64,000 bases of DNA, taken from positions 256,001-320,000 of the forward strand of contig CAWBVY010000006.1 in NCBI GenBank assembly GCA_963792415.1, written 5' to 3'. This DNA is from Candidatus Deferrimicrobiaceae bacterium. Lineage in GTDB: Bacteria > Desulfobacterota > Deferrimicrobia > Deferrimicrobiales > Deferrimicrobiaceae. Positions 46,304 through 56,104 of this stretch are shown here, piece by piece (position 1 is the first letter of the stretch; each line of letters begins with the position of its first letter). The position numbers were made by a program, and so were the translations under genes. Below the pieces are notes generated by a model. It saw nothing but the letters and a program-made list of their open reading frames with translations. It was not told the DNA's origin and did no database searches.

Positions 46304-47193
46304 CGACGCGTCCCGGGGTTCTCCTCCTGCTGCTGGCCGCCTTTCTCGCCGCCCTCACGTCACCGTCGTGGGCGTCCGAAAAAGAGGTCGTCGTGACGGA
46401 AACGGTACAGCTGGGACTCGCCGACGCCTTCCTGGCCGAAGGCGAATATTACCGGGCGATCACGGAATACAAGAAATTCCTCTTCCTCTTCCCCGATTCC
46501 GGAAAAGCCGATTACGCGCTGTTCGGGATCGGAACGGCGTATTACCGGGGGGAGGAGTACGAACCGGCAGCGCGCACCTTCACGGCAGTGCAGGAAAAGC
46601 ACGGGAGGGGGGCGCACGCCGCGCCATCCGCGTATTTCGAAGGGGTCAGCCTGTGGAAGCTCGGGAGGTTTGACCGGGCGGATGCGGCGTTCGACCGGGT
46701 CGCTGCGCTGGACCCGGCATCGGAATACGCCCCCCTTTCCCGCATCGGGAAATCGCTCCTGTCGTATGATGCGAGGAACGTTCCCGGCTGCCGCGAGGAG
46801 CTTGCGAGATTTCTCGAAAGCTACCCGCAGGATGCCCGGGCGGGAAACGTCCGGCAAACCATCGCGCTGCTCGACAGGAACGGGGAGTTGCCCCGGAAGT
46901 CGCCTGCCGTCGCCGGTGTGATGTCCGCCGTCGTGCCTGGGAGTGGGTACATGTACGCGGGCCGCTACGGGGACGGCATCGTGGCCCTGATCGTCAACGG
47001 GGTGTTCATCGCGGGAGCGGTCGCGGCCATCCACCAGGAGAATTACGCCGTCGCTGCGATCGTGGGGGGGATAGGACTGCCGTTCTACATAGGGAACATC
47101 TACGGCTCCGCCAACGCCGCGACGAAGTGAAACATCGCCGTCCGGAAAGGGTTTCGGGAGGAGATCGCCGTCTCGCTCGACTATCGCTTCTGA
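46300..47193 (+). CDS. TPR/BamD-like exported protein with a C-terminal membrane domain; in-frame TGA at 47128-47130
   Basis: ATG overlaps the yidD-like stop; EYYRAITEYKKFLFLFP TPR; KSPAVAGVMSAVVPGSG; frame continues 20 codons to ...SLDYRF. Confidence 0.75.
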
Positions 47194-47295
47194 TCGCGCC
47201 AAGGGCGCCGGTCTTCCCCTGGTTCCGTAGACACCGGATCGATTGACAGGAGCATCGGCGGGCTTTGCGGTAAACACTTCTCCCGGGGGGTCCGA

Positions 47296-47763
47296 ATGCG
47301 ATATCTCATGATTCTGCTCGCATTCTTCATCGGCATGTTCCTGCCACTGCAGGCGGGCATCAACAACGCCCTGAAGACCGATATCGCCGACAGCACCCTG
47401 CTGGCGGCGTTTGTGTCCTTTGCGGTGGGAACACTTACCCTTCTCCTCTTTTCCGTGGCGACGGGGCAGCCGTTCGAGGCGCTTTCCTCCCTTCCGCATC
47501 TAACCTGGTGGAAGCTGGTCGGAGGGACCTTCGGTGCCTTATTCGTCTTCAGCACCATTTACCTTGCCCCCCGGATCGGGTTCGCCGCGATGGCCTCCCT
47601 CATCATCACCGGCCAGATCGTCGCCTCGCTCCTGATGGACCGGGCAGGCTTCCTTGGGGTCCCGGTGCGTGATATCTCCGTGGTGAAATTGTCGGGAGCG
47701 GTGCTGCTCATCGCCGGGATGATTCTCGTGAACTTCGGCGACCGCTTGTTCCCTCGAATTTGA
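47296..47763 (+). CDS. DMT family transporter (YdcZ-like)
   Basis: PLQAGIN, SFAVG, WWKLVGG, GQIVASLLMD. Confidence 0.9.
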   Translation: MRYLMILLAFFIGMFLPLQAGINNALKTDIADSTLLAAFVSFAVGTLTLLLFSVATGQPFEALSSLPHLTWWKLVGGTFGALFVFSTIYLAPRIGFAAMASLIITGQIVASLLMDRAGFLGVPVRDISVVKLSGAVLLIAGMILVNFGDRLFPRI

Positions 47764-47799
47764 GAAATCGTTCGCCCGGGAAGGCTCAGGAGGAAGGAC

Positions 47800-48300
47800 A
47801 TGTTCGGAACAGGTTCTCAAGAGGTACCAGTAACTTCAATAATCCTTGTTTTTTTCGCTATTTCGATTTGGGTTATTGTGGATATAGTAAAAAGTAATTT
47901 CGGCGGTAACGATAAGATCAAATGGATTCTTCTGGTAACATTTTTCCCAATAATTGGCATTATTCTTTATTATTACGTAGGGGTAAAGCAAAAAATCACG
48001 CCAAAAACCCATTATCCTTGCCCTAAATGCAGGGAATTCATACCACGAGAGGCGAATAACTGCAAGCACTGTGGATGTAAGTTAGCTCCAGATTTAATAA
48101 TAAACAAATCTAATTCGGAGATTGAAGAAATACAAAAGAATATTTACGATAGCATTGAAAATATATCAAAGGAATATATTATTTCATGTCCTTATTGCAA
48201 TCAATCCATCCGGTCTGATTCAAAAGAATGTCCGTTTTGCGCAATGTTTATTCCAGAGGACATCCGAAGAAATATAACAACTCCTACCCGCCAGACATGA
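47800..48300 (+). CDS. AT-rich membrane protein with PLDc_N-like hairpin and zinc ribbons
   Basis: KIKWILL...PIIGIILYY; CPKC/CKHC and CPYC/CPFC. Confidence 0.8.
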   Translation: MFGTGSQEVPVTSIILVFFAISIWVIVDIVKSNFGGNDKIKWILLVTFFPIIGIILYYYVGVKQKITPKTHYPCPKCREFIPREANNCKHCGCKLAPDLIINKSNSEIEEIQKNIYDSIENISKEYIISCPYCNQSIRSDSKECPFCAMFIPEDIRRNITTPTRQT

Positions 48301-48345
48301 ATGCCGACATCTTGATTCGTACCCGCTTTCGCCGCCCCCGATGCC

Positions 48346-48500
48346 TTACTTCCCTTTCTCCACCGGCGCGAGAGTGACCGTCGCCTTGGCCACCAGCTTC
48401 TCCTTCCCGTCCCGGACCGCGTAGACTTCCGACTCCGCGACGATGAGATTCCGCCCGGGTCGGGCCGACTCGCCGTTCGTCAATGTCGCACGGACGATCC
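48346..48500 (-). pseudogene. 3' fragment of a PaaI/hotdog thioesterase gene
   Basis: RPGRNLIVAESEVYAV...LVAKATVTLA with no N-terminal half. Confidence 0.6.
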
Positions 48501-48523
48501 CATTCCGATAAGATAGGAGCATT

Positions 48524-49117
48524 GTGGCCCGCAACCCGACGCGCGAAGAAGCATGGACGATCCTCACGGATCACGTAAAAGGCCCAGGCCTCATCTCGCA
48601 CGCCCTGGCGGTCGAGGCCGTCATGCGACATTTCGCCCGGAAGAGAAACGCGGACGAGGAGCTGTGGGGCGTCATCGGATTGATCCACGACGTGGACTAC
48701 GAGGAACACCCCGATGAACACCTCCGGCACGCAACGGAGATCCTGCGGCGCCACGGGTGGCCCGAGGAGTGCGTACGCGCGGTCGCGTCCCACGGATGGG
48801 GATTGTTCACGGACGTCCCGCCGGTCACCGACCTGGAGAAGACTCTTTTCGCGATCGACGAACTGACCGGGCTGGTCGCGGCGGCAGCGCTCGTCCGGCC
48901 GTCGCGAAGCGTCCTGGACCTGCCCGTCAAGAGCGTCCTGAAGAAGTGGAAGGACAAGGGATTTGCCGCGGGTGTGGACCGGAAGGTGATCGAAAAAGGC
49001 GCCGCCCTGATGGAAGTACCGCTCGATCAACTGGTCGCGGACACCATCGAGGGGATGAAGACCGTCGCGGAAACGATCGGACTGAAGGGAAACCCGAACG
49101 GGACCCCAACTGCTTGA
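48524..49117 (+). CDS. HD/HDIG-domain metal-dependent hydrolase
   Basis: HALAVEA, GLIHDVDYE, SHG, DELTG, KDKGFAAGV. Confidence 0.9.
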   Translation: MARNPTREEAWTILTDHVKGPGLISHALAVEAVMRHFARKRNADEELWGVIGLIHDVDYEEHPDEHLRHATEILRRHGWPEECVRAVASHGWGLFTDVPPVTDLEKTLFAIDELTGLVAAAALVRPSRSVLDLPVKSVLKKWKDKGFAAGVDRKVIEKGAALMEVPLDQLVADTIEGMKTVAETIGLKGNPNGTPTA

Positions 49118-49141
49118 GACGCCTGCCCGATCGCGGCTTGG

Positions 49142-49151
49142 GCCCTTCGGG
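49142..49151 (+). repeat. GACCTTCGGG-family motif copy (GCCCTTCGGG)
   Basis: Intergenic; one mismatch; shares GGGTTAT flank with the 35988 copy. Confidence 0.5.
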
Positions 49152-49237
49152 TTATCAGAGGCGTAAAATTGCCCGTGACCTGTAAAAGATCCCCCGGAAA
49201 GACCCGATAACAGGCGTATTCGGGAATTCCCACGGCG

Positions 49238-49870
49238 TCATTTCTTTTTCATCAATGCGTAAATGGCCTTATGAGTAATTTTCTTCCCCTGGACATCAAT
49301 CGTTTTCAGATCGTCGATTACGAATAATCTCCCGAACAGCAACTCCATCTCTTTTTCCGACGATAAGTACAGGACGGTACCAAGCGGTGTTTTTCTGTAT
49401 TTCCCGGAGCCACCGAATTGAGGGCTGTCTTCGCTGAAACACACCGACAAATATCGTCCGTTGGAATTCAATAGTCGATCAACGTTATTAAGATATTTTT
49501 CCCTGTCCTCAGGGAAAATATGATGTAAAAGTTCCCAGTCGTACACAAGATCGAACGTGGAGTGACACTCCGACAAGTCCCCTGTTACATCCGCCACCAG
49601 AAACTTGCAGTCAACTCCAGCCGTCAATGCCGAGGTTCTCGCAATACGAATGGCATTTTCGGAGATATCCAGGCCTGCGCAATCGTAGCCCATTTTAGAA
49701 AAATATATTACGTAGTTTCCCGCTCCACAGCCCATTTCGATTGCCTTGCAGGTCTTGTTGATATTTGCCGTTACCGCCGCTACCAATATTTCCGGCGGGG
49801 TCGCCATGTTCCACGGAATCGTATCGAGCGGAATGTCCCGATATATCCTCTCCATTTGTTCCTTGATCAT
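49238..49870 (-). CDS. Class I SAM-dependent methyltransferase (TPMT/TehB-like), AT-rich
   Basis: IPW, EMGCGAG, LDIS, ADV, YDWELLHH. Confidence 0.88.
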   Translation of the reverse strand: MIKEQMERIYRDIPLDTIPWNMATPPEILVAAVTANINKTCKAIEMGCGAGNYVIYFSKMGYDCAGLDISENAIRIARTSALTAGVDCKFLVADVTGDLSECHSTFDLVYDWELLHHIFPEDREKYLNNVDRLLNSNGRYLSVCFSEDSPQFGGSGKYRKTPLGTVLYLSSEKEMELLFGRLFVIDDLKTIDVQGKKITHKAIYALMKKK

Positions 49871-49922
49871 GATCTTCTCCAAAAACATGTCCTCCGCGGA
49901 ATCATTGTCGGAGACTATCCAT

Positions 49923-50143
49923 TCATTTCGTAGCTTCCTCCGTTATCCCCTGTCCGATGCGCCGCCGGACCGCCTCCCGGGATTTCGTGATGAGAAAACG
50001 CTCGTCCATAGGGTATTCCACAATGGAGCCGCAGCCGTCGCAGAAAGGGCAATACACGGCATTCAGCAGGTGATCGGCAACTCGGCACCGCCGAAATATT
50101 TCTTCCACCGGTTCAGGGAATCTTCTTTCCGTCTCGTCTCCAT
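49923..50143 (-). pseudogene. Internally deleted DUF169-like gene remnant
   Basis: N-terminal WKKYFGGAELPIT joined out of frame to PFCDGCGSIVEYP and FLITKS...VRRRI, matching C-terminal motifs of 53742-54563. Confidence 0.55.
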
Positions 50144-50185
50144 TTTTTGTCCGCCCCGGTCAACGCCTCGAAGCGAACAAGGTCC

Positions 50186-50428
50186 TTACGCCACAATACG
50201 CAGGGCGACATACGGAACCAGGTTGAACAGGATGATTCCAATCTTGAATATCGCTATCCCGATGTAATTCAGCGCATCGAATTGCTCGACCGACAGGCGA
50301 AACCATCTTCCGGTGATCCGATACAACATATCGTGTGCACGCGTGAAGAACAGAAACCAGATCAGGAGCATTCCGTAATTGATCAAACCACACCACAGAA
50401 GGAACTCTTCCACCAGCGTGATATTCAT
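50186..50428 (-). CDS. DUF6868-like small membrane protein
   Basis: FLLWCGLINYGMLLIWF...FKIGIILFNLVPYVAL. Confidence 0.85.
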   Translation of the reverse strand: MNITLVEEFLLWCGLINYGMLLIWFLFFTRAHDMLYRITGRWFRLSVEQFDALNYIGIAIFKIGIILFNLVPYVALRIVA

Positions 50429-50558
50429 CTTTTCCCCTCGTGTTTGCCAAGTTGCCAAACCAGGAACGGGATATCCCTTCGCACCCTTAGGGTACAGCGG
50501 AATCACTCAATGTCCGCATGGAAACTCACGGGCGTCGAGGCTTGAGCACCAGGATGCT

Positions 50559-50798
50559 TCACCCCCCAGCAATGGGTGGCGGAGATTCCATCATCTGGAT
50601 CTCCCACTCGTCCCGGGAACGGTCATACCGGAGGATGTAGCGGGCGCCGTCGGAGCCGTCGAGCTTTACGTACTCGTGGTCCTCCCCCCGCCACCGGTCC
50701 AGGACGCGCACCACCTCGACACGGCGCTCCCCGAGCAGGAAGGCGCGGGGCGTCTCCTCCGCCTTGTACCCTTCGTAGCAGACCACGCGGATCTTCAT
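50559..50798 (-). CDS. Small conserved hypothetical protein
   Basis: VVCYEGYKAEETPRAF...VLDRW...YILRYD...W pattern. Confidence 0.75.
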   Translation of the reverse strand: MKIRVVCYEGYKAEETPRAFLLGERRVEVVRVLDRWRGEDHEYVKLDGSDGARYILRYDRSRDEWEIQMMESPPPIAGG

Positions 50799-50860
50799 CC
50801 CCTGCCCAAAAAAACGAAACCGGGACTCCGGTCACAAGATCGTCGCAGATCCATCCAATA

Positions 50861-50909
50861 GATCGTATACTCTTTCAAACAAGATCCCTCGAAGAAACCG
50901 ACCTTCGGG
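50861..50909 (+). repeat. Long copy of the intergenic GATC...GATC...GACCTTCGGG element
   Basis: 41/49 identical, ungapped, to 63485-63533 (manual count). Confidence 0.8.
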
Positions 50910-51011
50910 GTGTGGGAACTATTTTATAGAATTACGTAAATGCAGGGATTCAAGCAATGGGGCGGGGTGACCCGCCCTTTGAGATACGACCAAGCCAATT
51001 TCACAAACCGA

Positions 51012-51308
51012 CTAGAGGATATAGGCGATGAGGGGTGAACTGGAATATAAGGAAGGACTTTCCGGTGTCATTCCCTCGAAACCGTCACGATATCCTCGGG
51101 TGTACGAATCGATGTAAGGGTCTCCGCTGCCGAGAACGGAGTAGTCGATAAGCATGTGGTGGTCATCGGTCCTTTCATCCGAAACACCGCGAACGTGAAC
51201 CTGTATCCCTCGGTGGTATCCACGGAAATACTCAGCCCGCTGCGGTTTCGAAGCCTCGACCATCCGGTCGATGATACTGAGCAGCGCCGGGCATTCTTTC
51301 CTTTCCAA
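51012..51308 (-). CDS. Hypothetical protein
   Basis: TTG start with RBS GGGGG; repeated Y.RGY..G motif. Confidence 0.6.
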   Translation of the reverse strand: MERKECPALLSIIDRMVEASKPQRAEYFRGYHRGIQVHVRGVSDERTDDHHMLIDYSVLGSGDPYIDSYTRGYRDGFEGMTPESPSLYSSSPLIAYIL

Positions 51309-51320
51309 CGTTATCCCCCC

Positions 51321-52013
51321 TTACCGGCTTAGGTCTCTTTTCCCTTGGTAATTTTGAGTCGACGATAGGCAGTCGATTATTCCCTTCGAAAGTCTTTCAC
51401 TCATCCAGGCGGGCAACCCTTCCAGAAATGCATGAAAATCCTTAATGCCGATAATATGTACGCCTCTAACCTTCTTTTTCACCTGCACATCCGCGTCCGT
51501 GAACACGATCACCGGTTTAGGTCTCAGAGTACAGACCCCTTTTTCCGTGAGAAGATCCCGGATCGAATATGCCTCTGCCCAGGCCTGCTTGATAAGGTCC
51601 TTCTCGAACGGTTCCCCGTCGCGCTTCAACAGATCCCCTTCACAGCTGACGACTCCCCGGTGGCTTTTCGTCTCGACGGTGAGGATCCCTTTCGTGGAGA
51701 TGACGATATGGTCGATGTTCCCCTTCTTGGATACGCAGTCATGAACAACAAAATATCCCGCCGGGAGTTCCCCCAGCGGATTGCCAGCCTCCTCTTCCGC
51801 AACAGCTCCACGGCGTGCATCGAGGGCCCGGTCGGAGTACGCCTCCGCCTTGCCGCCCATCGCGCTTACCCGGTAGAGGATGCCGACGAAGACGACGAGG
51901 GAGACCGGTATTCCCACTGTTGCGATCGCCTTGCTGCTCTTGCCGAAAAGGTATATCCCCACGAACACGATGATCAGGGCGATGAGCGCAGCCAACCACC
52001 GGGTGACTTCCAT
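51321..52013 (-). CDS. NERD (nuclease-related domain) membrane protein
   Basis: 2 TM; RGAVAEE, HD, NIDHIVI...GILTVETK. Confidence 0.85.
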   Translation of the reverse strand: MEVTRWLAALIALIIVFVGIYLFGKSSKAIATVGIPVSLVVFVGILYRVSAMGGKAEAYSDRALDARRGAVAEEEAGNPLGELPAGYFVVHDCVSKKGNIDHIVISTKGILTVETKSHRGVVSCEGDLLKRDGEPFEKDLIKQAWAEAYSIRDLLTEKGVCTLRPKPVIVFTDADVQVKKKVRGVHIIGIKDFHAFLEGLPAWMSERLSKGIIDCLSSTQNYQGKRDLSR

Positions 52014-52222
52014 CTTTCGGACCCCTGCCCCGGCCTTGTTGTACACCGTCGCTCTCGTCGATCCGGATCCCGCCATCCCCCTCCCTTTCACCGAGTACGG
52101 AATACCCTCCCAAGCGGGGAAACGCCGGAGGGCACGTTCCGGGAGCACAAAACCGTGCGGCCAGATCCCCCTCTCCAGATCTCTTTTCGGAAGAAGCGGT
52201 TACGATCTTTAAGGGAAAATAA

Positions 52223-52232
52223 GTCCTTCGGG
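52223..52232 (+). repeat. GACCTTCGGG-family motif copy (GTCCTTCGGG)
   Basis: Intergenic, upstream of DUF445; GATC 19 nt upstream; GTGG flank. Confidence 0.65.
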
Positions 52233-52315
52233 GTGGGTGTGTACTAAGATACGGATGGACCGATCACGAGGGGCTGTTCAATACCTATATGTTTTCACTG
52301 GGGAAACGAGGAGAT

Positions 52316-53641
52316 ATGCAAACAGCGACGGCAAGTGATTCCCAAAGGGATTCGATATTCCGAGAGCAACTCGGACCTATTTCACTGGGTGTTGCATTAG
52401 CGGGATTTGGGATTACCGAGTTGGCATTGACGATGAAATGGATCGGAGGGCCACCGTGGAGAGTCGTTGCCGGCGCATTTGAAGCGGCAACCGTTGGCGG
52501 CATGGCGGACTGGTTCGCAATCAGAGCCCTCTTTCGGGAAATGAAAATCCCGATCGTAAAAATACCCATCCCTCACACCAATATCATCATCAAGAATCGG
52601 AAAAAAATTTCAGACGGCATAGTCGATCTGGTAGAGAACCGACTTCTCACGCCGTCAGCCATCAAGGAACGCCTGCAGGATTTCTCGCCCTCAAGGCACC
52701 TCCTGGATCGGGATCAACAAGGTGAGTGGATGGAGTTGATTCTTCCAGTTCTGAGGAATTTTCTTGGCGAGACCGTCGAGGCACTGTCGGGCGCGAAAGC
52801 GGTTACCTACATGCAAGGGATTCTTCGGGACGGCGTACGTACCATAGATTTTTCCCATCCTTTGGGGCGGTGGATGAAATCTTCGATGCAGGAAAAAAAG
52901 CACGAACCTCTGTTGGGATATTTTCTTGAATCCGTGGACAATGTCCTTCAGAGCAAGCAGGCGCAGGAGATCCTGCTAGGTTTTCTCAACCGCATGGTAA
53001 AGGAGTTAAGCGAGAAGAGTTGGCTCCATTCCATTGGATTGCGCTTATCTCTCAAAGTAATAAACGAGTCGGATTTGGCGGCACTTCTTCTACAGCGGGC
53101 GCTTGAAAACATTAATGAGGCACGGCACGACTCCAATCACCCAATCCGTCGCAGGATCGATGCGATTCTCTATGATGTCGCCTGCAGACTCGAGTCCGGC
53201 GACCCGAAAGCTGCGGCGATCATTCAGACTCTGACAAGCCAATTGGCGGAACGGGCAGAAACATCCACATGGATACGCAACCTGTTGCAGCATATCCACC
53301 ATGCGTTGGATCACGGACTATCGGAATCAAAATCAACCCTTGTGCGAGAAATACTCCGATTTTTTGATGAACAACTTGAAAAACTTCGGAATAATCAGGA
53401 TGACCGATCAGGTTTCGACGCCTGGGTGCGCGAGAAACTGATTGACCTTTCGATAAACAACAAAAACGAAGTTGGGTTACTCGTAAGAAAATCTTTAGAC
53501 AAGATGGACCCGGATACCCTGGTGAACCTGATTGAGAAAAAAGTCGGAAGAGATCTCCAATACATCCGTCTCAATGGAGCCGTGGTCGGTGGAATGGTTG
53601 GCGCGTTTCTGGCTATTCTGAAAATTGTCATTCACGGATAG
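52316..53641 (+). CDS. DUF445 family membrane-anchored protein (AT-richer gene)
   Basis: EAATVGGMADWFAIRALFR, PHTNII, VGRDLQYIRLNGAVVGG. Confidence 0.92.
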   Translation: MQTATASDSQRDSIFREQLGPISLGVALAGFGITELALTMKWIGGPPWRVVAGAFEAATVGGMADWFAIRALFREMKIPIVKIPIPHTNIIIKNRKKISDGIVDLVENRLLTPSAIKERLQDFSPSRHLLDRDQQGEWMELILPVLRNFLGETVEALSGAKAVTYMQGILRDGVRTIDFSHPLGRWMKSSMQEKKHEPLLGYFLESVDNVLQSKQAQEILLGFLNRMVKELSEKSWLHSIGLRLSLKVINESDLAALLLQRALENINEARHDSNHPIRRRIDAILYDVACRLESGDPKAAAIIQTLTSQLAERAETSTWIRNLLQHIHHALDHGLSESKSTLVREILRFFDEQLEKLRNNQDDRSGFDAWVREKLIDLSINNKNEVGLLVRKSLDKMDPDTLVNLIEKKVGRDLQYIRLNGAVVGGMVGAFLAILKIVIHG

Positions 53642-53708
53642 AGGCAGCATTCCCCCCGGTCCGCAATTAAATAGGATCTCCATTACAGGAAAAAGACTTC
53701 CTGGAAAC

Positions 53709-53718
53709 GACCTTCGGG
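53709..53718 (+). repeat. GACCTTCGGG motif copy
   Basis: Exact core with GTGG flank, just downstream of DUF445. Confidence 0.7.
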
Positions 53719-53741
53719 GTGGTTCCCCGATCATTTCCGGG

Positions 53742-54563
53742 TCATGTTTCGAGGAGAGAATTCCATTGTGCCCTCGTCAGAAAACTCCCCTCCACGTTCT
53801 CTTCCATCTCGCGAAACATGGCGAACGGAACGGTAAACGTGAGCATCTCCCTCCCGAGAGCTTTCCTCGTGTAGAACCGTGCGGAAATGTCGATATTTCC
53901 CACCACTGCTCTCGGGGCCTCCGACGTCGCCTCCCGGTACGGCAGGATGCCGACCGCCTGGCATCCTGCGACAAAGGGGATCGAAACGTTCTCGAATCCG
54001 GGGCGCCCGTAATTCGCCAGAACGACCAGCCCGGCAAGCTGGTCGGCATTCACCAGGAACGTTACCGTCACCGGCGCCTCCGCATCCGTAAACGTGTCAC
54101 CGAGCGGCTTGAAGAGAACGTATCGCTTCGGGATCTCCATCACGGGCATCCGGTCCACCATATCCTGCACAAGCCCGGGAGTCTTCTTGTATCCCTCCCC
54201 GTGGGCATAATGATCCAGAAATTCCTTCCTGGAGGCGAACGGCTCCATTTTCCGGATCTCTTCCCGGCCCTTTTCCCAGCCTTCGTTTCCCGAAGACAGA
54301 AAGTGGTAGAAGCAATCGATCCCTCCCGGGAAGTCGGGATACCGGTTCCCGAATCCCATCCCGACCGCCCCCCCGACACAACCGCAGGTATCGCGGTCAA
54401 GGACGGCGATCTTCCCTTTCGCCGCAGCGACGACCAGAAACATGACGCATCCCCAGCTGCCCTTGTCAAACTGCACGACGTTTTCCGGTTTATCGTCCGA
54501 CCAGTGGAGAGCCACGGGCCTGTGCTTCAGACGGATTGCCTCCGCGATCCTGCATCCAGGCAT
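53742..54563 (-). CDS. DUF169 family protein
   Basis: WGCVM, CGCVGG, NADQL, PFVAGC, FTVP, SFL. Confidence 0.85.
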   Translation of the reverse strand: MPGCRIAEAIRLKHRPVALHWSDDKPENVVQFDKGSWGCVMFLVVAAAKGKIAVLDRDTCGCVGGAVGMGFGNRYPDFPGGIDCFYHFLSSGNEGWEKGREEIRKMEPFASRKEFLDHYAHGEGYKKTPGLVQDMVDRMPVMEIPKRYVLFKPLGDTFTDAEAPVTVTFLVNADQLAGLVVLANYGRPGFENVSIPFVAGCQAVGILPYREATSEAPRAVVGNIDISARFYTRKALGREMLTFTVPFAMFREMEENVEGSFLTRAQWNSLLET

Positions 54564-54640
54564 CGGTTCCCCCCCGGAAATATTTGATCTGCCGCGAATG
54601 GATCCGTACCCATTCTACCGATTTCCCTTATCATGAAGCC

Positions 54641-56092
54641 ATGCGAGTCGCACTCGTCAACCCGAACCGGATCAAGCCCCCCATTTCCCCCCTCGGGCTT
54701 GAATACGTGGGCGAAGGGCTCCTTGCCGCCGGACACGAGGTGAACATCCTCGACCTGTGCTGGGAAGAGCAGCCGGAAAAGGCGATCCCGGCGTTCTTCA
54801 AAAACCGGGAATACGGCCTGGTCGGAATATCGATCCGAAACACGGATGACTGCTCTTTCGCCACGCGGGAATCGTTCCTTCCCGGCTTCTCAGGCATCGT
54901 GGAGACCATCCGGAAACATTCCGGCGCCCCGATCGTCGCGGGAGGCGTCGGATTCTCCGTGATGCCGGAAGCCGTCATGGCCATCACGGGAGTCGATGCG
55001 GGAGTCGTTGGAGACGGGGAATTCACCCTGACAGGGATCGCAGACAGATGCCAGAGACAGGCATCCTGGGAGGACCTTCCAAACCTCGTCTTGCACCGGA
55101 ACGGGCTTTTCCGCCGCAACCCCGTTTCCACCGTTCCTCTCTCCCGGATCCCCCCGATGAGCCGAACCCTGGTCGACAATCGCCGATATTACCTCGAAGG
55201 GGGGCAGGCGGGAATCGAGACGAAGCGGGGCTGCCCGATGGGGTGCGTTTACTGCGCGGATCCGTTGGCCAAAGGGAGCTCGACTCGATTGCGTCCTCCC
55301 AAGGACGTGGTGGCGGAGCTGGGGCGCCTGCTGGGCCAGGGGATCGAGCACGTGCATACCTGCGACAGCGAGTTCAACGTTCCGGAAGACCATGCCCTCG
55401 AAATCTGCGGTGAAATCATCCGCAGGGGACTTGGTGACCGGCTCCACTGGTACGCGTACTGCAAGCCGGGACCCTTCTCGCGGGAGCTTGCGGGGCAGAT
55501 GCGCCGTTCCGGTTGCCGGGGAATCAACTTCGGGGCGGATAGCGGGGACGAAGGGATGCTGCGCCGTCTCGGGCGCGATTTCGGCCCCGGGGAGATCCTT
55601 TCCGCCGCCCGCTCGTGCCGGGAAAACGGGATCCCCGTCATGTTCGACCTCCTGCTCGGCGCCCCGGGGGAAACCAGGGAGAGCATCGCCCGGACGGTAG
55701 AGCGGATGATGGAGTCCGGTGCCGACCGCATCGGGGTCACGGTGGGGGTCAGGGTGTATCCCGGCACCCGGCTGGCGAAGGAGGTCCAACGGGAAGATCT
55801 CCGGAAAGGGCTCGTCGGGGGAAGCGACCTCCGGCATCCGGTATTTTTCCTGGAACCGGGGATCGCGCCGACCGTCTTCGATCAGCTCGATGCGCTCGTC
55901 GGCAACGACCCACGGTTCCTGTTCTTCGATCCCGATCGCCCGGATCGGAATTACAACTACAATGCCAACCAGGTCCTCATTCGCGCGATCCGCGAAGGAC
56001 ATCGGGGTGCGTATTGGGACATTCTCCGAAGGGTCCACGACAGACAATCTGCTCCCCCGGTAAACGCCGTTGAATCCCGCTCCACAGGATAA
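54641..56092 (+). CDS. B12-binding domain radical SAM protein
   Basis: PLGLEY, GISIRNTDD, ETKRGCPMGCVYC, DSEFN, GAPGET. Confidence 0.92.
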   Translation: MRVALVNPNRIKPPISPLGLEYVGEGLLAAGHEVNILDLCWEEQPEKAIPAFFKNREYGLVGISIRNTDDCSFATRESFLPGFSGIVETIRKHSGAPIVAGGVGFSVMPEAVMAITGVDAGVVGDGEFTLTGIADRCQRQASWEDLPNLVLHRNGLFRRNPVSTVPLSRIPPMSRTLVDNRRYYLEGGQAGIETKRGCPMGCVYCADPLAKGSSTRLRPPKDVVAELGRLLGQGIEHVHTCDSEFNVPEDHALEICGEIIRRGLGDRLHWYAYCKPGPFSRELAGQMRRSGCRGINFGADSGDEGMLRRLGRDFGPGEILSAARSCRENGIPVMFDLLLGAPGETRESIARTVERMMESGADRIGVTVGVRVYPGTRLAKEVQREDLRKGLVGGSDLRHPVFFLEPGIAPTVFDQLDALVGNDPRFLFFDPDRPDRNYNYNANQVLIRAIREGHRGAYWDILRRVHDRQSAPPVNAVESRSTG

Positions 56093-56104
56093 GATTCGGA
56101 ATCC

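Noticed and set aside
50060-50070. TGA after ELPITC as a fourth Sec codon
   Set aside because: The downstream homologous sequence is in another frame and most of the gene is deleted, so it is a pseudogene junction.
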